From Lama glama (taxonomy: Eukaryota), in NCBI GenBank assembly GCA_028534125.1, contig CM052816.1, positions 18,292,001-18,356,000 on the forward strand: a stretch of 64,000 nt of DNA, written 5' to 3'. Below, piece by piece: positions 14,375 to 27,720 of the stretch. The notes beneath the pieces were generated by a model. That model worked only from the letters and a program-made list of their open reading frames with translations. It was not told where the DNA came from and did not search any database. Position 1 is the stretch's first letter; the number at the start of each line of letters is the position of its first letter. A program made the position numbers and the translations under genes.

Positions 14375-14850
14375 ACAGAGGATCAAAGGTGCCTATGAAT
14401 AGAATTTAGGGGGCCCGTGAACCTGGATGAGAAAATAATTACATCACCATTTTCACTAACTTCTTACTGAAATTTAACATATCTTTTAATTATGAGCATA
14501 AGTAATTATCCACAGAAGAATTGATAGTACTGTGATGTATCTACCAACAGAAGGGACAGGCATCTTTACATCACATTACAATTGATTTATTTCAAGAACA
14601 CATCCCATCTCAAAATTAGTGGCTATTAGATCCATCACTAGAGCTCATTATTTAAAGCATTAATAAAGAGGTATATACAACACAATTTCACAATTTATTA
14701 TTTTATAAATTGTCATAGCCAATATAATTGGCTTCCTGTGAAATATTATGTTTTTAATTTTAGTCATTTAAAAATCAAAATTTTTAAAGAGGTTCATGGG
14801 CTTCACCAGATGATGAAGGGTTTGGGGCAAGCAACATTGATTACCTTTGG
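14375..14850. mobile_element. hAT-Charlie-type DNA transposon remnant
   Basis: gggggcccgtgaacctggatg...attttcactaac...ctgaaatttaacat...gttcatgggcttcaccaga. Confidence 0.55.
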
Positions 14851-17239
14851 CCTAGAAGGACAGGGTTGATTCCTAGAATCAACACACATAACCTGAAATC
14901 TGAACCCTCTTCTATTAGACTGTATCATCTATGCTTTATTCATCACACTCTACTGAGGCTTTGAGAGTGAGAGTAATTCTTTCAGGTATTTTGAATACCA
15001 TCAAAAATCTGAGTGTTTCCAGCCTGCCAGGCATTGATGCAGACTTGGGAATCCCCAGTGAACACTAGAGGAATAGTTTTTTCATCCAAAAGATCAGTCC
15101 TTTACAGCAGGGCAGGGCAGGGCAGGAGGAGGGGGATGGAGGGACATCATATTTCATCATCTTTGAAAAATTTCACTCTATTTCCTCACACACTGCATTT
15201 TCATTTGCAAAGTGCCTTTTCCAAGTGACATCGAGACATCTCAGAACTACATAGCTGACTCCTATTTTCATCAGAGTAGTGAGCACAAAGATGAAATGTT
15301 TGGTGTACTTAGAGGAAGAAATCAAGAGGTTATCTTAAGAATTTTTCTATGAAACATTCAAGTCAAAAGGCATGTGTGTGGTATTTCTTTTCTGACAGGG
15401 CTTCCATCCGTGAGTACGGCTAATAATACGGATGGTCTGTTTGTCCTCATGTATCTGAGAAGGGCATAAATAGAAGAGACCTCATTTAACAGATAAAGAG
15501 ACCAAGAAAAATACTGCATCATGCTTAAGGGCTCAGCAGTAGAGTTAAAAGGACGTGCGTCTGAACCCCAACTTCTCGTATTACGTGTGTAACAATGGGT
15601 ACAAACCTTGGCTAGAGAATCACTAAACCATAAGTTCATCATCTATGAAATGGGAGAGTATTTACCTATCAAGAGATTTTCTTTTTTATAATAAATGAGC
15701 TAAAATGTGAGATGACTAGCACAAACAATGAATATTGTTAGCACAACAGAGACAAAATTACTCAAGGGCATAAGATGGGATGGTACAGGGAGCCAGGTTT
15801 TAGGCCCAGGTTTCTGGCTTTCTACAGTGTTCTTTTCTGCATGAAGACTTTCTATGTGACAGTTTTCTTTCCTCTAGGACTTGTCTGGACAGTTGGACTG
15901 GACAGCTGGCTCCTTTCTAGCTTGTCCCAAGAGAAGGAAAGATGTAGTAACACCTTCATGTTTATGTAACAAGTAGAGACCTCATAAGCAAGACTCGCTT
16001 CTTCCATCCCCAGAAAATGAAAGAATAACAGTGGACCAGCCGAAGACAGATGTGAAGGGAGCTTTTAATCTCCCACCTGCTAGCAATCAGACTTCTGGAC
16101 TCTCAGCTCCCTCTGATAAATTGGCTGTTCTCTTTTCACATCTCCATGATCCATTTGTAGCACATGCTCAGCCAAGGCTTCTGTTCAAATTATAATCATC
16201 TCTGGCAAACTCATTTGCAGGTGATTCAACAGATTTCTGAGAGGTGACATGCTCCAAAGATTTCCTGTCACTCACATGGAGCTCCCTTTACCACCCACTT
16301 GGATGAACAGGCTGGTAGAAGAGCACCTCCAACATAGCCCAGGTCCTCAAAGACTCACAGTATAGGGGAGAGCACAGGCCACAAATCTGTAAACCCAGGA
16401 TTCTGGGGAGCACACGGCAGGAGGTCTGGTCTTAATGGAAGAGGTAGAGGGGAACCTACCTCCCTGAGATTTCCCTCACACCCTAGTTACAGGAGTCTTC
16501 TTCCTTCTCCTTTCCCTAAACACGAAACACTATTTCCCAACCAGAAGTGGCTGCAGGAATGAAGCCTCCTCCTGGGTGGTTCCAGGAGGACCAGAACCAG
16601 TGACTCCATGACCACAGCCTTCCACTAGGCCCAGAGAGGAGCAGACCAGTTGTTGTCTCATGTGAGTGCTTTTCTTGCAGGAAGTTCTCCACTTCATTTC
16701 CCTCCCATAAACAGATCATTTCCAGCTGCTCCGGAAAGGGCCATGATGAGGGTGATGTGCATAACGGGAGGCGTGTGGCCACAGGAGAGGGCACTTGGCT
16801 TAAGAGCAAAGCAGATACTTAGTTGCTGCAACCAAGTCAGGCTTTTGCCTGCACATTTGGGCTGCCTTCTCACTATTCCAAACCTAGAGGAACTCTCATT
16901 TGGCGCGGAGTGGTGGGGGGTAGAGGTGAGGGTCAAGAGGAGTTCGGGCTCCAACCCACAAGCAAATGAGATTAAAAACAAAGTAAAATGCACAAACCAA
17001 GCCTATGGTCCTCTATTATCAGAACCACTTAAGAAAAATAGCTTGTTGAAGGGGAGTCAGAGGAGTATCCCAAGGTCTGCAGGGGATCATCTATTCGGTC
17101 ACTAGATATGTGGATTTCTAAACAGAACCTCACTACAGCAATTGCTAGCAACATACTTGCTGGGAGGGGTTGCTTTTGCATTATAGTTCATATTTATATC
17201 TTCATGGCCCTTTGCCATTGCTCTTAATGGAGTATATAA

Positions 17240-17470
17240 TCGTGAGGCTGCATACACTGATATGAAGCCAGACTGACTAGACTTGAATCCACTATCTGTG
17301 GGGTCTTGAACAACTTACTTCACTTCTCTGTGCCTCAGTTTCTACCTCTGGAAAACAAAGACAAAATAGTATCTACCTCATAAGGTTGCTAGGCATATTG
17401 AACAAGGTAATATCTGCAAAGTACTTAGAACAGTGCCTGGTACATAGTAAGCATCACGTAAGTATTTGTT
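17240..17470 (+). mobile_element. MIR SINE
   Basis: ttacttcacttctctgtgcctcagtttc...tacctcataaggttg...aaagtacttagaacagtgcctggtacatagtaagc. Confidence 0.85.
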
Positions 17471-19247
17471 AAATGACTATCATTTTTTATTACCATTTAA
17501 TTGGTACTAACAGTGTGCCAAACACTATTCTCACAACTATTCTCTCCAAAAGGCAGACAGCTTAAAATGATCTCTTCTTTACAGCTAAGGAAACTGAGGC
17601 TCTGAAAGGAAAGCAACTCAGCCAGATCACATGCTTGATAAACGGCCAAGTCAGAAGCTAATTCCACGTCTGCCTGACTGTGGACTCCTTAGCCATCCTG
17701 ACTCCTCAAACCAAGTTTTGGAGAACGATCCCTGTAAGAGTTTATGTAAGACCTGCCTCCCCATCCAAGTCCCTAAGAAATCTGGCTGGTCTTGGCAAAA
17801 CCTCTGGGAGCTACAGTTTGTCCAGAGACAGGCACAGCCAGCGGCTGATAGCCTCCACCTGGTCCCTGGCAGGTGGGGTCTGAATACATGCCCCAGCCCC
17901 CAGGTGGAAGCCAGCACTGTCATTTCTGCTGAAATTGCTTCCTTCCAGCCTCCCTGTTAGTTCCTCCTTGGAAAAGCACTCCCATCTTCATTGCCAAGCG
18001 ACACAAAGAAAACCAGAGCCTGTTCTCTAACCAGTCCTCCTTCCCCAAAGGACCACTTCTGACTCTGACTCTGGGGACAACTGAGAGAGGTCAAGGTGAT
18101 TCCCCAACCTAACACCACCACCGTGTCTGCAGACCCACCATAAGAAGAGTAATTAGAACAATGAACATAGTGGTTATCACACATGGAAATGGGAGCTGAC
18201 AGCAACTGTAGGAGTCGCTCTGTGTAGGGAGCTCCCCTGAACAATTTACACACATCACTTCATACACTCCACACAATAACCCCGAAGCATTATTAATACT
18301 CCCATCTTACAAATGTGAAACTCAGACCCAGAAACAGGAAGTTAATTGCCCAAGACCCCGCTGCTAGTGAGTGGCAAAGCAGTGGAGAGGGCCCAGGTCA
18401 TCTGATAACAGTCTGTAAGTCTTTCCCCTCTGCTCCAGGAGTCCAAGCCGAGGTACCCACAGGGCCATTTTTCCCTTAGCTCTGGGGATCCAGGTTCTAA
18501 GCAACATGCTTCATTTCTCTGTCCCACCCCCATCCCTGCCCCATGTCTTTCTGGCCAAGTGGAAACTGCCCCAGAATTCTTCAGAGCACATCTGACCAGA
18601 GCATGGAGTGTCCAATGCAAATACTGTTTCAGAGATAATTTAGTTAAATAAACGAGTCCGTTCCAAGGTGAGAAGCTATATCAAAGCCTCCCCTGGGGAA
18701 CATTAGGCCGGCTCTGCAAGCTCAGCAATCAGGTAGGATCCTGCTGCTCTGTACATGCCCGCCTCTCTTCCTAAGCGATTCTGGCTGTCACCCAAATGGG
18801 CCTCACTGGGGCATCTGCACTTTGCTGCAGTCCTGGGCTGAGAGGCTCATCTCTCTAGGACAGCTTGTACCTCTGCTTTCTCATGCACAGCCTTGGCCTA
18901 TGCTGTAGACGCCTCTCCTCTTCTTTTGCTGCTACAAATGGGTTTCCATCCAGGGTTTTGCAGGGAGTACTGAGACAGGTTGCAGCATGAGCATCCTTGA
19001 CATTGGCCCCCTCTGCCTGGTATGTTTACAACTGGATGGTCCAGCTTCTTGGTGGTGGCCACATACAGCTGCCTATGATAGGGCAGATCATTCCTCCAAA
19101 ACAAGGAGGAGTCCACCAGTGCATGGGAACAAGTCTTCACAAGCAGCTCTCAGAAGACAGAACCACGGTTGGGCCTCCTGCTCTTCCCTGGAGCTAACAC
19201 CCCAACTCCTTGCCTACTCTCCTGGGATGACCAAGGTTGGATGATTT

Positions 19248-19480
19248 CTGGTTAAGAGCAAAGGCTCCGAAACCAGATGAAGTCAAGTTCTGATTCCAGC
19301 AAGACCATGCGCTGACTGTGTGACCTGAAATGAGTTGCTGGACTTCTCAAACTTTAGTTTCTTCACTGATAAAACAGAGATAATAATAAACCCTACCTCA
19401 CAGAGTTGCTGCAATAGTTTAGTGATTTAATGCACACAGAGAAATTAGCACAAAGTCAGCATTCAAATACTGGTAGCTGT
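19248..19480 (+). mobile_element. MIR SINE
   Basis: ggttaagagc...ctgtgtgacctg...tttagtttcttcactgataaaacagagataataata...cctacctcacagagttg. Confidence 0.75.
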
Positions 19481-20743
19481 CCATTCCAGGTTAGTTGGTA
19501 ACTTCTCAAGGCACCAACCTCCTCATTTAGGCTGGTGACTTGCAACTCTGTATTTTCATTACTTACTGCCTTCCTGGGCCTCCACGTATGGGGTATACAG
19601 ATACTTCAGTCTCAAAACATCCACAAAAGAACCTTCCTCTTCATCTCAAAATACCATGGACACGTAAGACCTTTGCAACCTCATCCATTTCTGTCCCTGA
19701 CATAAACAGCTTTAACTCTCACTCCACGGGAGTAGGTACCATTTTTCATAAAGAAAATGCTGTTTTATGCCTCTGTACCTTTGTGGGGCTTTTTCTTCTG
19801 CCCAGAATACCCTTGCCTAATTACTTGGGCTAACTCACTCCTAGTGCTTTCCATTCAAGCATCAGTTCTCCCCTAACACCCTCTCCCTCCCACTTCAAGC
19901 TGGATATGGTGATCTCTTATGAGTTTCCATGGGCCCTTATGCTTTTCCCACCTTTTCCGTATCACACTGAATCAGAATGGCCTGGGTGGAAGATAAGTAT
20001 CTTAGTCTACAATTTAAATTGTGCACAAAAATACCTTTCCTCTGTTGCTCAATAATTGAAGTTAATTTCCATTCAAGCTCCTAAATCATAATCTCAGTCA
20101 CTTCAGGTAATGTAAATTAATTTAACATTTTCTCAGCCAATGCAGCCCCACTCCCAATCCCCACACTTCCCCAGCTTGAGTCTGGGCTCTGAGAGTCTGA
20201 TACAATGTTGAGGCATGGGTGGGGTAGAGAGAGATGGTTGGGGTGTCTGCTCTGCAGCTGCAATCTTTACTTCAGGAGCCATCATTAACTCATGCTGGCA
20301 TCTGCTGACATGTAGCACATCCTCCCTCCAGCCTTCTGTTGTCAATCTGCAGAGGTCTGAGCTCTGCCCCATGATCTGCCTCTGCAAGTTCAGCATTATC
20401 TGGTTACTTCCATGTCTCTGCACAAGAGAATCATTTTCCTGTTCGCCATGCAATGCTAAGCTCTAAGAAGCCGTCTCAAGGCCACCTGCCCTAGACACTG
20501 AACGCATCCACCCCCACTGCCCCTGTGCCCCTGAGTGTTAAGGAACAACACAAGGAGTCTTGTCATCCTCCCAGGCTCCATCAAGAAAATAAGGGCAGAT
20601 ACCCTCCTTCCAGGTTGTCCCCAAACCTATCTGGATATACTGTCCAGTATATTTCATCCATCCTCCCTAGAACTCATCCCTGAGAGTTACAGGACCCTCT
20701 TCTAAGGGAAGAGCACCAGTCTTCATTTTTATTGCAGTCCCCC

Positions 20744-21214
20744 TGACAACTGAAAATTGGCACTTGCCATCTGTCTTTCCAAGAATGAGGTCACTAGCCA
20801 CTGTAGTCACTGACCTTCAACACAACCTGAAAGGAGTTCAGGGCAGGTATCAGGAATGAGGCACTCTGTGCTCTGGGAAACACTGGCAGAACAGGCTTTC
20901 AGATACATAGATATCTTCAGGAGAAGATTTTATGAGTCTAAATTCTTGCATTTTCTCATATCTAGAAAAGCACTAAAATCATTAACGAAGACATCTGTTC
21001 TTCATGACTGGCAGTAATCCTCTTCCAAAATATGTGCTTGATTGCACATACCTCCTTCACTATAACCATGTATAATACTGACCTTCCCCCTACATCTTTG
21101 GAACAGTTCCTCAGAGCTATCTGAGATGCTCTCTCCTGGGCTACAGTCCTCAATTTGCCCCGAATAAAATTTAACTCACAACTCACGTTGTGCTTTTCAT
21201 TTTTTCAGTCAACA
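20744..21214 (+). mobile_element. ERV1-class solo LTR (MER41-like cetartiodactyl family)
   Basis: TG...CA ends with imperfect terminal inverted repeat (tgacaactgaaaa / ttttcagtcaaca) and AATAAA near 21163. Sequence cagttcctcagagctatctgagatgctctctcctgggctacagtcctca is typical of this family. Confidence 0.75.
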
Positions 21215-21473
21215 CTTCCAATTCTTTTTTAGACCATAAAATCTTTTATCTTCTATGGAGGAGGGAAAAATAAAAATCTCTGACTGGTTTTATATCTTCT
21301 GGCCTCTGAGTCTTTTCAAGGCAAAGATTTTTGGAATCCCAAATTCATAAGCTTTTAGAAGCCAAAAATCTTTCCTTTGAAACTACTGTCTGTGCCTTGA
21401 GTTTTCAAACATATTTTGAAACTCAAAAGCCAAGACTTGATTCCTAGCTTTCTGTGTTCTACTGTAAAAACTG

Positions 21474-21574
21474 TTCCCTGAGGCAAAGAATGCCTCAAGT
21501 TCTAATTGAATAGGGAATGCTCTACAGAACCCAAAAAAAAAAAAATCCTTCCCTGAGGCAAAGAATGCCTCAAG
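21474..21574. repeat. Perfect 26-bp direct repeat (21474-21499 and 21549-21574), each copy internally palindromic
   Basis: ttccctgaggcaaagaatgcctcaag occurs twice, separated by 49 nt ending in A13-tcc. Confidence 0.9.
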
Positions 21575-22969
21575 GTGTCATCTGAACAGTAAACGTGCCA
21601 CGTGACAAAAAAAGAAAAAAATATATATATATACACACACACATTAACCAAACACAGTAGTAAATACATGGAAACAGTAACTCATTCCACTTAAATTGAT
21701 TCTAAACCAGACTGAGCCCTCTGAAAGCAGTTATTTCATTTCTTTTACTAATACCATATGCTTAATAAATTTTAGCTGAATAAATAAATACATCTACTTC
21801 TGTTCTCAGTGTTTGGGATTTCAAGAAATTAGCAACATACTGGACTATCCACGACAATGTGGAAAAGGGACACAAAGGGAGCAAAGCTCCCTGTACCAGA
21901 ATGGTAAAGCCAATAGAATGGGTCATCTTGACTCTCCGTATGACTTTTTTCCCTCAGCGCTTATAAGCAGTTAATATGAATCAGACACTGTTAGATGTTT
22001 CACATACATTATCTCACTTAATCCTATCGTGGAAATGAGAACATGGAATCTTTTAGGGAATAAGACTCCTAATAAGCTTGGGGCTCAATTTTTTCACTAG
22101 AGAATAGGAGAGTTCTCTTGCCCCACTGAAGAGCCAGCAAGCTCAAAGGCTTATCAGTCCAGGTACAGTGAGATGGGGAACATGGAAAGTTACAAAAAAT
22201 GAGTATCTTTCCTGGCATCTGTGGCTCTGACCTCATTAGATCTGCAAGTGAGAAACCCAGGAACATATTTATCATTTCATCTCACGGTATGTATTGTCAA
22301 CCCTTGCACTGAGATAAATTCATGGAAGTTAATACGGGCAAACTGGTAATAATTTCAGAAAAGCTCTTGGAAAACTCATATTGCCTTTGCCCTGAGACTC
22401 ATAATTTGACTTTCAATCAACATAACTGAAATACGTGGCATGAAAATTTTATAGCAAAAGGAAAATGTACGTGCCAGGAGGTAACCTCCTTCACAAGTTA
22501 ATTATTTACTTCTAAAGGGAAAATACTGCAACATAAATCACAGGTGCATTGTTCCTCAGACCCTGACTGGAGTGTGGAGATGACTATGCTCTCTAAATCA
22601 AATAGAGTCATTTATTCAGATTCATCCAAAAGCTACTGCTGTCCAGCTGTATTGCCAAAGTGGAAATTAGGAAAGAGTCAACTTGGTGCAGAGGAATGAC
22701 CACTAGATTTTAGACAAAGGACTTGTGCTCAAGCCAAGGGCTCTCTCTTTCCTCACTTGCTCAGTCACTTATGACCCTGACCCTGCTTTCTCATTTGCCA
22801 AAGATGATAGTATTGACCCTACCTATAGCATCTGGCTGCTGTGAGGACCAAATCAGTTAACACATGCAAACAAGCTTTGTGCTGTATAAAACATGCCCCT
22901 GTGAGAGGACAGAAGGTACCCCCGCTAACAGGTTTATGCTTCCTGTCTCTCTTGTCGAAATATCGAGAA

Positions 22970-23200
22970 TAACAGTGGCACTTGACAGTGCTCACCGGGC
23001 ATAGGCATTACTCTAAGTGATAGCAAATATTAACTCATTTAATCCTCAAACAAATCCATGTGGCAAGTTCTACTATTATTCCCACTTATAGATAAGGAAA
23101 CAGAGTCAAGGAGAGGCTAAGTCACTTGCCTTAGACACTAAGCTGCAAAGCTGGGATTCTAAGGAAAGCTGTCTGGCTCTAGAATCCCTGCTATTAATAT
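22970..23200 (-). mobile_element. MIR SINE
   Basis: tattaactcatttaatcctca...ctattattcccacttatagataaggaaacagag...gctaagtcacttgcc. Confidence 0.8.
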
Positions 23201-24208
23201 CCTTGGTAAGATGCCTTCCAGTCTACCTCCAAGCATCCCCTCAGACATCTTTATCCTTTCAGCTTACTGCAGAGTCACACTTCTTTGGGCCACAAAATAG
23301 CTAAAAGAAAGACATCTCTCCAGAAGAGTCCGCCTCAGAATCTGGTGCTCCTTCCCCATTTAGTACTATATTTATGTACATCTCCTACAGAGATGTAACT
23401 TCTGCTTTCTGGTCCTCCCTCTGCCCTCCGAGCTCCTGCAGAGCAAGAGGAACCCCTCCCACATGGAAGCAGTTCAAATACCGAATATAATCCTCAAACC
23501 CGCCATGAAACTTTTCTAAAAACTCAATGACTCTTCAACTCTTTACCACAAGGAACACTCCTAGGACTTTTCCAGATGCTCACAGCCCACTTTTGTGTTC
23601 CTCTGATTTCCTCCCCTAGAAATGAGTCATACATGAGTGGGACTTACAACCACAAGGGCAGTCTGCCCAGGAGAGAGGTCACAACTGCCATTTCCTATAG
23701 CCAGGCCTGTACCCCACACACTAAAGCACAGCTAACAAATCAAGCTCAATTTTCACACACTTCTATATCCATCTGAGCACAGCTTCCCTCCAGCATGGTG
23801 TTTGAAAATTCGAAAATATGGAAGTTTTTTCTGCAGAGAGCAACTTTCCTGCCCAAGGAAGGCTCAGCCAACTGCCATCACCCACAGATGGATTATTATT
23901 TTTTTAGATTATTCTGCTCCTGGATTATTTCTCTCATTGTCCTCCATTTAAACCTCCTTTTTTTTTTAACTTCTCTAGTCATTTATTAACTCATTAATTC
24001 AATAAATATCTACAGAGTGTCTACTAAATAACTGCTCCTGCAGAAGGTGGGGTCAGAAAACATTAGAGCTATTCAGTAGGTCTGAAGAAGGTGGAGTCAA
24101 TGTATCTTTTGGAAGTCTTTTTGGAATTTGCATAGATCTGATTCATTCAGTATCTCTGCTTACACACGTAGTATTTGCTTTACTTACAGGCAGTCCACAA
24201 GGAGGTCT

Positions 24209-24292
24209 GATATGACTGAAGCATTGTGCTGTACACTAGAAATTGACACAACATTGTAAACTGACTATAGTTCAATAAAAATATATTTTAAA
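24209..24292 (+). mobile_element. Short L1 3' end stub (camelid-type)
   Basis: atatgactgaagcattgtgctgtacactagaaattgacacaacattgtaaactgactatagttcaataaaa, homologous to the stubs at 38751 and 39547. Confidence 0.75.
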
Positions 24293-25285
24293 AACATTAA
24301 GGATGGTTACATCCTCTTGATGTACTGACCTATTTATCATTATGAAATTACTTTCTCTATCCCTGGTAACATTCTTTGCTCTGAAATATATTTTGTCTGA
24401 TATTAATACAGCCACTCCAGCTTCCTTTTGACTACTGTTACCAAGATACATATTTTCCCATTCTTTTACTTTTAACCTATTTGTGTCTTTACATTTCTTG
24501 TGAGCAGCGTATTACTGGATCTTGCTTTTTCATCTAGTCTCACAATCTCTGCTTTATTAGAGTAGTTATATTTAATATGATAATTATTAGGTTTAAGTTC
24601 TTCATCTTGCTTTTTGATTTCTATTTGTCCCCTTCGTCCTTTGTTTGCTTTTTCTACTTTTTCTGAATGTTTGGATTGACTATCTTTTTATAATATCATT
24701 TATCTCCTTTGTTGGCTTATTAGCTGTTACTCCTGCTTTATTGTTTTAGTGGTTTCTTTAGGGTTTATAGCACACATCTTTAACTTATCACAGTTTATCT
24801 TCAAGTAACATTATACCAATTCATGAAGAGTATAAGAACTTATAGCATACTTCATTTCTCACCTCTGGGCTTTTACACTATTATTGTCATTTATTTTCAT
24901 AAAATATCCCTGGATATAGATTCCATCTGGTATCACTGTCCTTCTGTCTGAAGGACTTCCTTTAGTACTTCTTGTAATGTAAGTTTGCTAGTGGTGAATT
25001 CTTTCAGCTTTGGTATGCTTGGCAACATCTTTAATTTGCCTTTATTTTTGAAAGATATTTTTTACCAGGTATAGAATCTAGGTTGACACTATTTTTCATT
25101 CAGTTCTTTGAAGATGCTGTTTCACTCTCTTTTCACTTGCATTGCTCCTGAGGAGGAATTTTCTCACATCTTTATCTCTACTTCTCTGTACACAAGGTCT
25201 CATTTTCCTCTGACTACTTTTAATTTTTGTTTTATGTTACTGATTTTGAGGAAAGTGCTTATTTAGCTTCTTGGATTTGTGATTA
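24293..25285 (-). mobile_element. Old L1 (L1M-type) fragment covering the ORF1/ORF2-start region
   Basis: T-rich antisense L1 sequence, e.g. tctgatattaatacagccactccagcttccttttg and ttgaaagatattttt...ggtatagaatctaggttgac. Confidence 0.75.
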
Positions 25286-26609
25286 TCAGATGAGGAACAT
25301 CTACCCTCAAGTTTAAAATGAAGTAACAGTTTGCATGACCCAGAAGATATTAAAGATAAGGCAACTTATAATTTACCAACAGCCAATCTGAAATTTTTTT
25401 CCTTTTTAACCCTCCTGGATCAAAGGCTAGAATCAGGGTTGGTATCCAAAAAGACTTTGTGGAGAGAGTATCTCAAACCTCTGTTTTTTGAGTCATTCAA
25501 GCACCATAAGGCTTTCTATCAATGGGAGATACTTCAGGCAGATTCTTGCGTTTCACAAAAAAAGAAAGATTGTAGGAAATAATAGAGATTGTGTATAAGG
25601 AAATGAGGGAGTTTCAGCAATTTGACACATCAAATTCAGAATGGAATTTCAAATGGAAAAGAATTTATTATGTCAAAGATGTCTCAAAAATGCTTCCCTA
25701 GAATGACTAAATTTGCAATAATCTCAGGTGGATGTGTTCTGTGATCTAGCCTTTTCTAAGAGTTTTAGAGTGAACTAAAATATTGCAAAAAGGAGGAGGA
25801 TGAGGGGTAGAGGAGGAAGAGAAGGAAGGGTCGAGGGGAGGGGAGAGGGGGAAAGGTGAAAACAGCAAATGTTCAAGCTTATGACTGCATTCTAAAATCT
25901 TGGTTTTGCAGATGTACGTTAAGAATACACCTCTGCTGTTATTCTGGTCTCCTTTCACAGATCTACATTTAGCCCTATGGAACAAGTCAAAATGATTCTT
26001 CAGATGCACCAAGATACCTGATATAAGAAAAGGCTTTTGAAAATGTCTTTATCATGGTAAGTCATCAAACAGACTGGTGTGGAAATAACAGAGCTAGGCC
26101 TGAAAGAGAGGCGAAATTATTATGTTTCTAAATTGAAGACTTTCTCTATGTCCTTTCTGAGTAAGAACCAACTTATAAATAAAAGAAAACTCTAAAAGGA
26201 TTTCATGAAGAACATATTCCTGTCTGCTGGCAGACACAACAGCCAAACTTGGGCAAAGCAAAAGATTTTGGCAAAGCACTGAATCCTGGAACAGGCAGAG
26301 TCAATAGAGATAGGAGACAGTGGCTTCTTGTTACACTTTTGATGCAGAGAGGCCTCCTTCTTCCATAAACTCATAGAAATGCTTGATTAAACATTCTTCA
26401 CAAAGTGTAAAATTCAAAGTTCAATGTAATATAAAAGGAAATACCCAAGGGTCAGAAATGAAAAGGCAAAGCAGTAATGTCACGGTGGACTCAGGGAGTA
26501 TAGGAACATTTACAGGCTCTGAGAATTGGGAGGTGCTGTTTTAAGATCTTCTCAGGAACCCACGGTCACGTAAGAACAACCCCATATTAAAGGGACACAG
26601 TACTCCATG

Positions 26610-27660
26610 CAACACAGCTGTCACAGGGATAGAGAATCCTTGCTATGTAGTATTCCATTTTATAATTACACCAAAATGTTATTTGTTCATTCTCAATTGG
26701 CAGACATTTGTATTATTTCTGGTCTTTATGAATACAGACATTGCTGCTACAAAAAGTTTTATACAAGTCTTGTGGTACACAAAAGCAAGCATTTTTTTAG
26801 GGTATATGACTAGGAGTAGAATTGCTAGGTCATAAGGTATTGTAAGCTGTTTACAAAATGTGATGTTTTCAGATGTTTTACTTTTTATTAACTGATGGGT
26901 ATAAAATGATATTTAATCGTGGTGTTCATTTGCAATTGTTTAATTACTAATAAGGTTGATCATCATTTCTTATGCTTATTGGCCACTTAAGGTTCCTCTT
27001 CTATGATATACCAGTTTATCTTTTGTCTATTTTTCTATTGAGCTTTTGAGAAGAGTTCTTTATATATTCTAGATACTAATTCTTTGTTAAGTACATGTAT
27101 TGCAAATATCTTAACTTTCTGGGCTTTTTTTACTTTGTTTATAGCAGTTTTTGATGAACAAAAATTATTTAATTTTACTACAATCTTTACTAACAATCTT
27201 TCCTTTGTAGTTTGGAATTTTGCCACCATTTTAAGAAGTCACTTCCTAGTCCAAAGTCATAATATATTCTCCAATATTCTCTCCTAAAGCTATATGGTTT
27301 GAACTTTCATCTTCATTTATTGTCATATTTTAGGAAGGAATCCCATTATATATTTTTAATATGTAAATAAGCCCAGTACTATTTATTTGAAAAGTGTATC
27401 CTTTAAACCCCTACTGATCTGCAATTCCAATTTGTCTGAAATCAAGCTTCCATGGATATAAAGTCTATTTCTGGATTTTCCATTCAGATTCATTGGCCTG
27501 TTTTTCTATCCATATACCAATACCTCATTATTTACTTTTAAAACTTTAAAATAAATCTTGATAACTGCTAGGCTAATCCTCTCCACCATATTTGTTTCTT
27601 TAGGAAGTTTTAGCTATCATTGCCCTTTTGCTGCTCTGTATAAATTTTAGAATTAATTCC
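26610..27660 (-). mobile_element. Old L1 (L1ME/MD-like) ORF2 3' fragment
   Basis: ctaggagtagaattgctaggtcataagg; tatatattctagatactaat. Minus-strand ORF 27035-27229 (KLNNFCSSKTAINKVK...LVSRIYKEL) is L1 ORF2-like. Confidence 0.8.
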
Positions 27661-27683
27661 CAAAACTAAACGAAACTCCCCAC

Positions 27684-27688
<5 letters not shown>

Positions 27689-27716
<28 letters not shown>
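27689..27716. repeat. (AC)14 microsatellite
   Basis: Direct read of the sequence. Confidence 0.95.

Positions 27717-27719
<3 letters not shown>

Positions 27720-27720
<1 letters not shown>

Noticed and set aside
16650..17105. 151-aa ORF and other 60-140 aa intergenic ORFs (e.g. 10232-10648, 601-996)
   Set aside because: No recognisable domains, codon bias or exon structure; consistent with chance ORFs in mammalian non-coding DNA.
21474..21574. CRISPR-like repeat-spacer-repeat
   Set aside because: Only two repeats, eukaryotic context, poly(A) in the spacer, and no cas genes. Kept only as a duplication finding.
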